Shown here: piece by piece, positions 61,840 through 64,000 of the stretch
How positions within the stretch are numbered: the stretch's first letter is position 1
Layout of the letters: each line of letters starts with the position of its first letter
Origin: Hypanus sabinus
Taxonomy: Eukaryota
Length of the DNA: 64,000 nt
Direction of reading: 5' to 3'
Assembly: GCF_030144855.1 (NCBI RefSeq)
Contig: NC_082738.1
Location: forward strand, 16,678,001 to 16,742,000
Notes under the pieces: model-generated
Databases searched by the model: none
Told to the model about the DNA's origin: nothing
What the model saw: only the letters and a program-made list of their open reading frames with translations
Program-made: the position numbers and the translations under genes

Positions 61840-62880
61840 GTCAGTTAAAGAGGAGAAAGATCACACCATTTAACCTAGACAGGTTGCAATATAACTCAAA
61901 AAAGAGGAAAGGAAATGTGTCAAGACACAAGTTGAATTAGATGATAAAAGAGAAAGCAAACAGATTACAATCAAAGTTAAAAATGAGAAGTAAACAGGTT
62001 AAAGAGGACAAAATAAACAAGTCACAATGGAGATTAACAAACAGAAGAAGTAAATTAGCTATACTAGAAGCTGAAGCAGTTGTTAATGAACAGATCACAA
62101 GTCAGAGCAAACAGAAAATAAACATGTCACAATTTAGTCGAAAGAGGAAAGAGATTACAACAATGATGAGAAAGAAATTAGTCGAAATTAATTGAATGAA
62201 AAGAAAAGCAACTCACAAACATGGGAACATAGAGGTACAAGAGGAAGCATACATGGGTCACAAAAATGGTTAAAAGGGAGAGAGAAACAATGTTAAATGA
62301 GGTTAAATGAAGAAGAAAATAAAGTGCACAATGGAATTTAGAGAAGAGAAAGTAAACAGATCATTATAGAAGTGAAAAGAGGACAAACTAGGTCATCCTG
62401 GAGGTTAAAGATGAGCTAGTAAATAGGCCACAAGGGTGATTCAAGTGGAGAAAGTCAACAGGTGACAATAGGAGGGTTAGGTTGGTTAAAGCAGAAAAAA
62501 GGACATTGAAGATAAAGCAGATAAAGTAAAGATGACAACAGATGAAAGAGAAGCTAAATAGGTTATAAATGAGTTTAACAGAGGAGAAATTTAATAGCTC
62601 TCAATAGAGTTTAAATCAGCAGAAAGTACAGTAGAGTTTAAAAGAAAGAAAACAACACAACCACAAGCAAGATTAAGGAGAAGAAAACAAAGAAGTCACA
62701 ATAAAAGTTAAAAGGGAACATTTTACAGGGTCGTAATATATGTTATAGGAAGGTACATGGGGCAAAGTGGAATTTAAAGAGCAGGAAGTAACCCACTCAC
62801 AAATGAGGATAAAGCCAGAGAAAATACACAAGTCACATTATAGTTTAAAAGAGGAAAAAGACAGGAGGGCTCAGAGGAGA
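61840..62880 (+). repeat. Degenerate ~35-bp minisatellite, approximate consensus AAAGAGGAGAAAGTAAACAGGTCACAATGGAGGTT
   Basis: Recurring gtaaacag.tcacaat.g units, e.g. at 62352, 62419 and 62454. Confidence 0.7.
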
Positions 62881-64000
62881 CTGAAGGCTCACATTAAAGG
62901 GTAGGAAACCAGAAGGCTGAGTTTGATCATTTGGCGGTCTCCTGCAGTGAGACAGGACATACTAGGGAATAGAAGCATTCAGCACATAAATGGAGCATAG
63001 AATCCAATAACCTTGTAGCAACACAGAAGGAGGACATTCAGCCCACTCTTTGCATGCTGGCTTCAATAAGAGCCATTCCATCAGTCCCATTTTCCTTCTC
63101 ATTTTCCTGTAGCACTGCAGTTTATTTTCTCACATGCAGCTAACAAAGTTCCCCTTGACTCTTTTTGCTATTAATCTGCACCAAGGAAGAATTTACAAGA
63201 GCCAGTTAAGCTACCAGCACGTAGGAGGAACCCAGAGTACCCACGCGGTCACAGGGAGAACGGACAAACTCCACACAGTCAACGTCTAAGGTCAGGATCG
63301 AACCCAGATCTCTGGAGCTCTGAGTTCTGTGTAATGGAGCTCACAACTCCAATGGTAGAGCCTGGGTATTGGAGAAGTGGTGGTTGGAGTAAGTTCCCAA
63401 GGTGGAGATTGTTGTAGAGTGTTACCTTTCCTGGCTGAGAAACTTGAGGATTCAATAGTAGCTCAGTATCAATAAGAACCCTCGATTTACATTTCAAGGA
63501 TGACATAGAAAGCACTTGGTTGCAGCCTGGTAAATGGCATGACAAGAATGAATATCACAACAAGATGTAAGTGTATCTTTATATGAATTCTATGCAATAA
63601 TGAGACTTATGGTATATGAATTATCTGGATATATTAGCAGATCAGCATGTCTCTCAAGGCATTGTTGTACATGTAATTGGTAAGATTCCAAACTTTGATA
63701 GAAACAGTTAGTCTTCCTAAACAACCCAGCATTAGCAACCATTTCCACTTTAGCATAAGATATTTTTTGCGAGCAGCAACATTATTTGAGACGTCGATTT
63801 AGTAATTATATACACAGGATCAAAGGTTTGCTCTACCATTGAAAATTGGGCCGGATTGTACTGCCTGTGTTTCTGAAGAGAAACCCTGGCAAGTGAGTTC
63901 CAGTCTTGCTTGAAGCTGCTCTAGGTCCGGCAGAAGCTGTATTATGGCAGTTGCTACCACTCTGCTTCATTGCTGAATACATCAAACGTTGAGGCTGACT

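Noticed and set aside
61840-62880. CRISPR-like array or coiled-coil gene interpretation of the periodic region
   Set aside because: Eukaryotic intron, no conserved repeat with unique spacers, no cas genes and no long open frame.

Overview
Vertebrate genomic DNA. The repeat landscape (CR1, Rex1/Babar, Penelope-like, HE1/V-type and Deu-domain SINEs, Tc1 MITEs) points to a cartilaginous fish, probably a ray (inference). It has four N-gaps. The window holds three spliced Wnt genes. wnt10b is on the minus strand with 4 coding exons (16327->3017, 384 aa, complete). An apparently intact wnt6 is on the minus strand with 4 coding exons (39522->27354, about 352 aa; the last ~2 nt of exon 2 and its donor fall in a gap). 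wnt1 is on the plus strand, exons 1-3 at 53509-56100, with exon 4 beyond the window. The main observation is the order wnt10b<-wnt6<- ->wnt1. This is the full ancestral Wnt1-Wnt6-Wnt10 cluster, which human/mouse carry as two pairs (WNT1-WNT10B and WNT6-WNT10A). It implies a retained second Wnt6 ohnologue. Second, several Penelope-derived short insertions carry minimal type I hammerhead ribozyme motifs, two of them fold-back elements with clear target-site duplications. Most short ORFs in the supplied track are spurious or transposon fragments.
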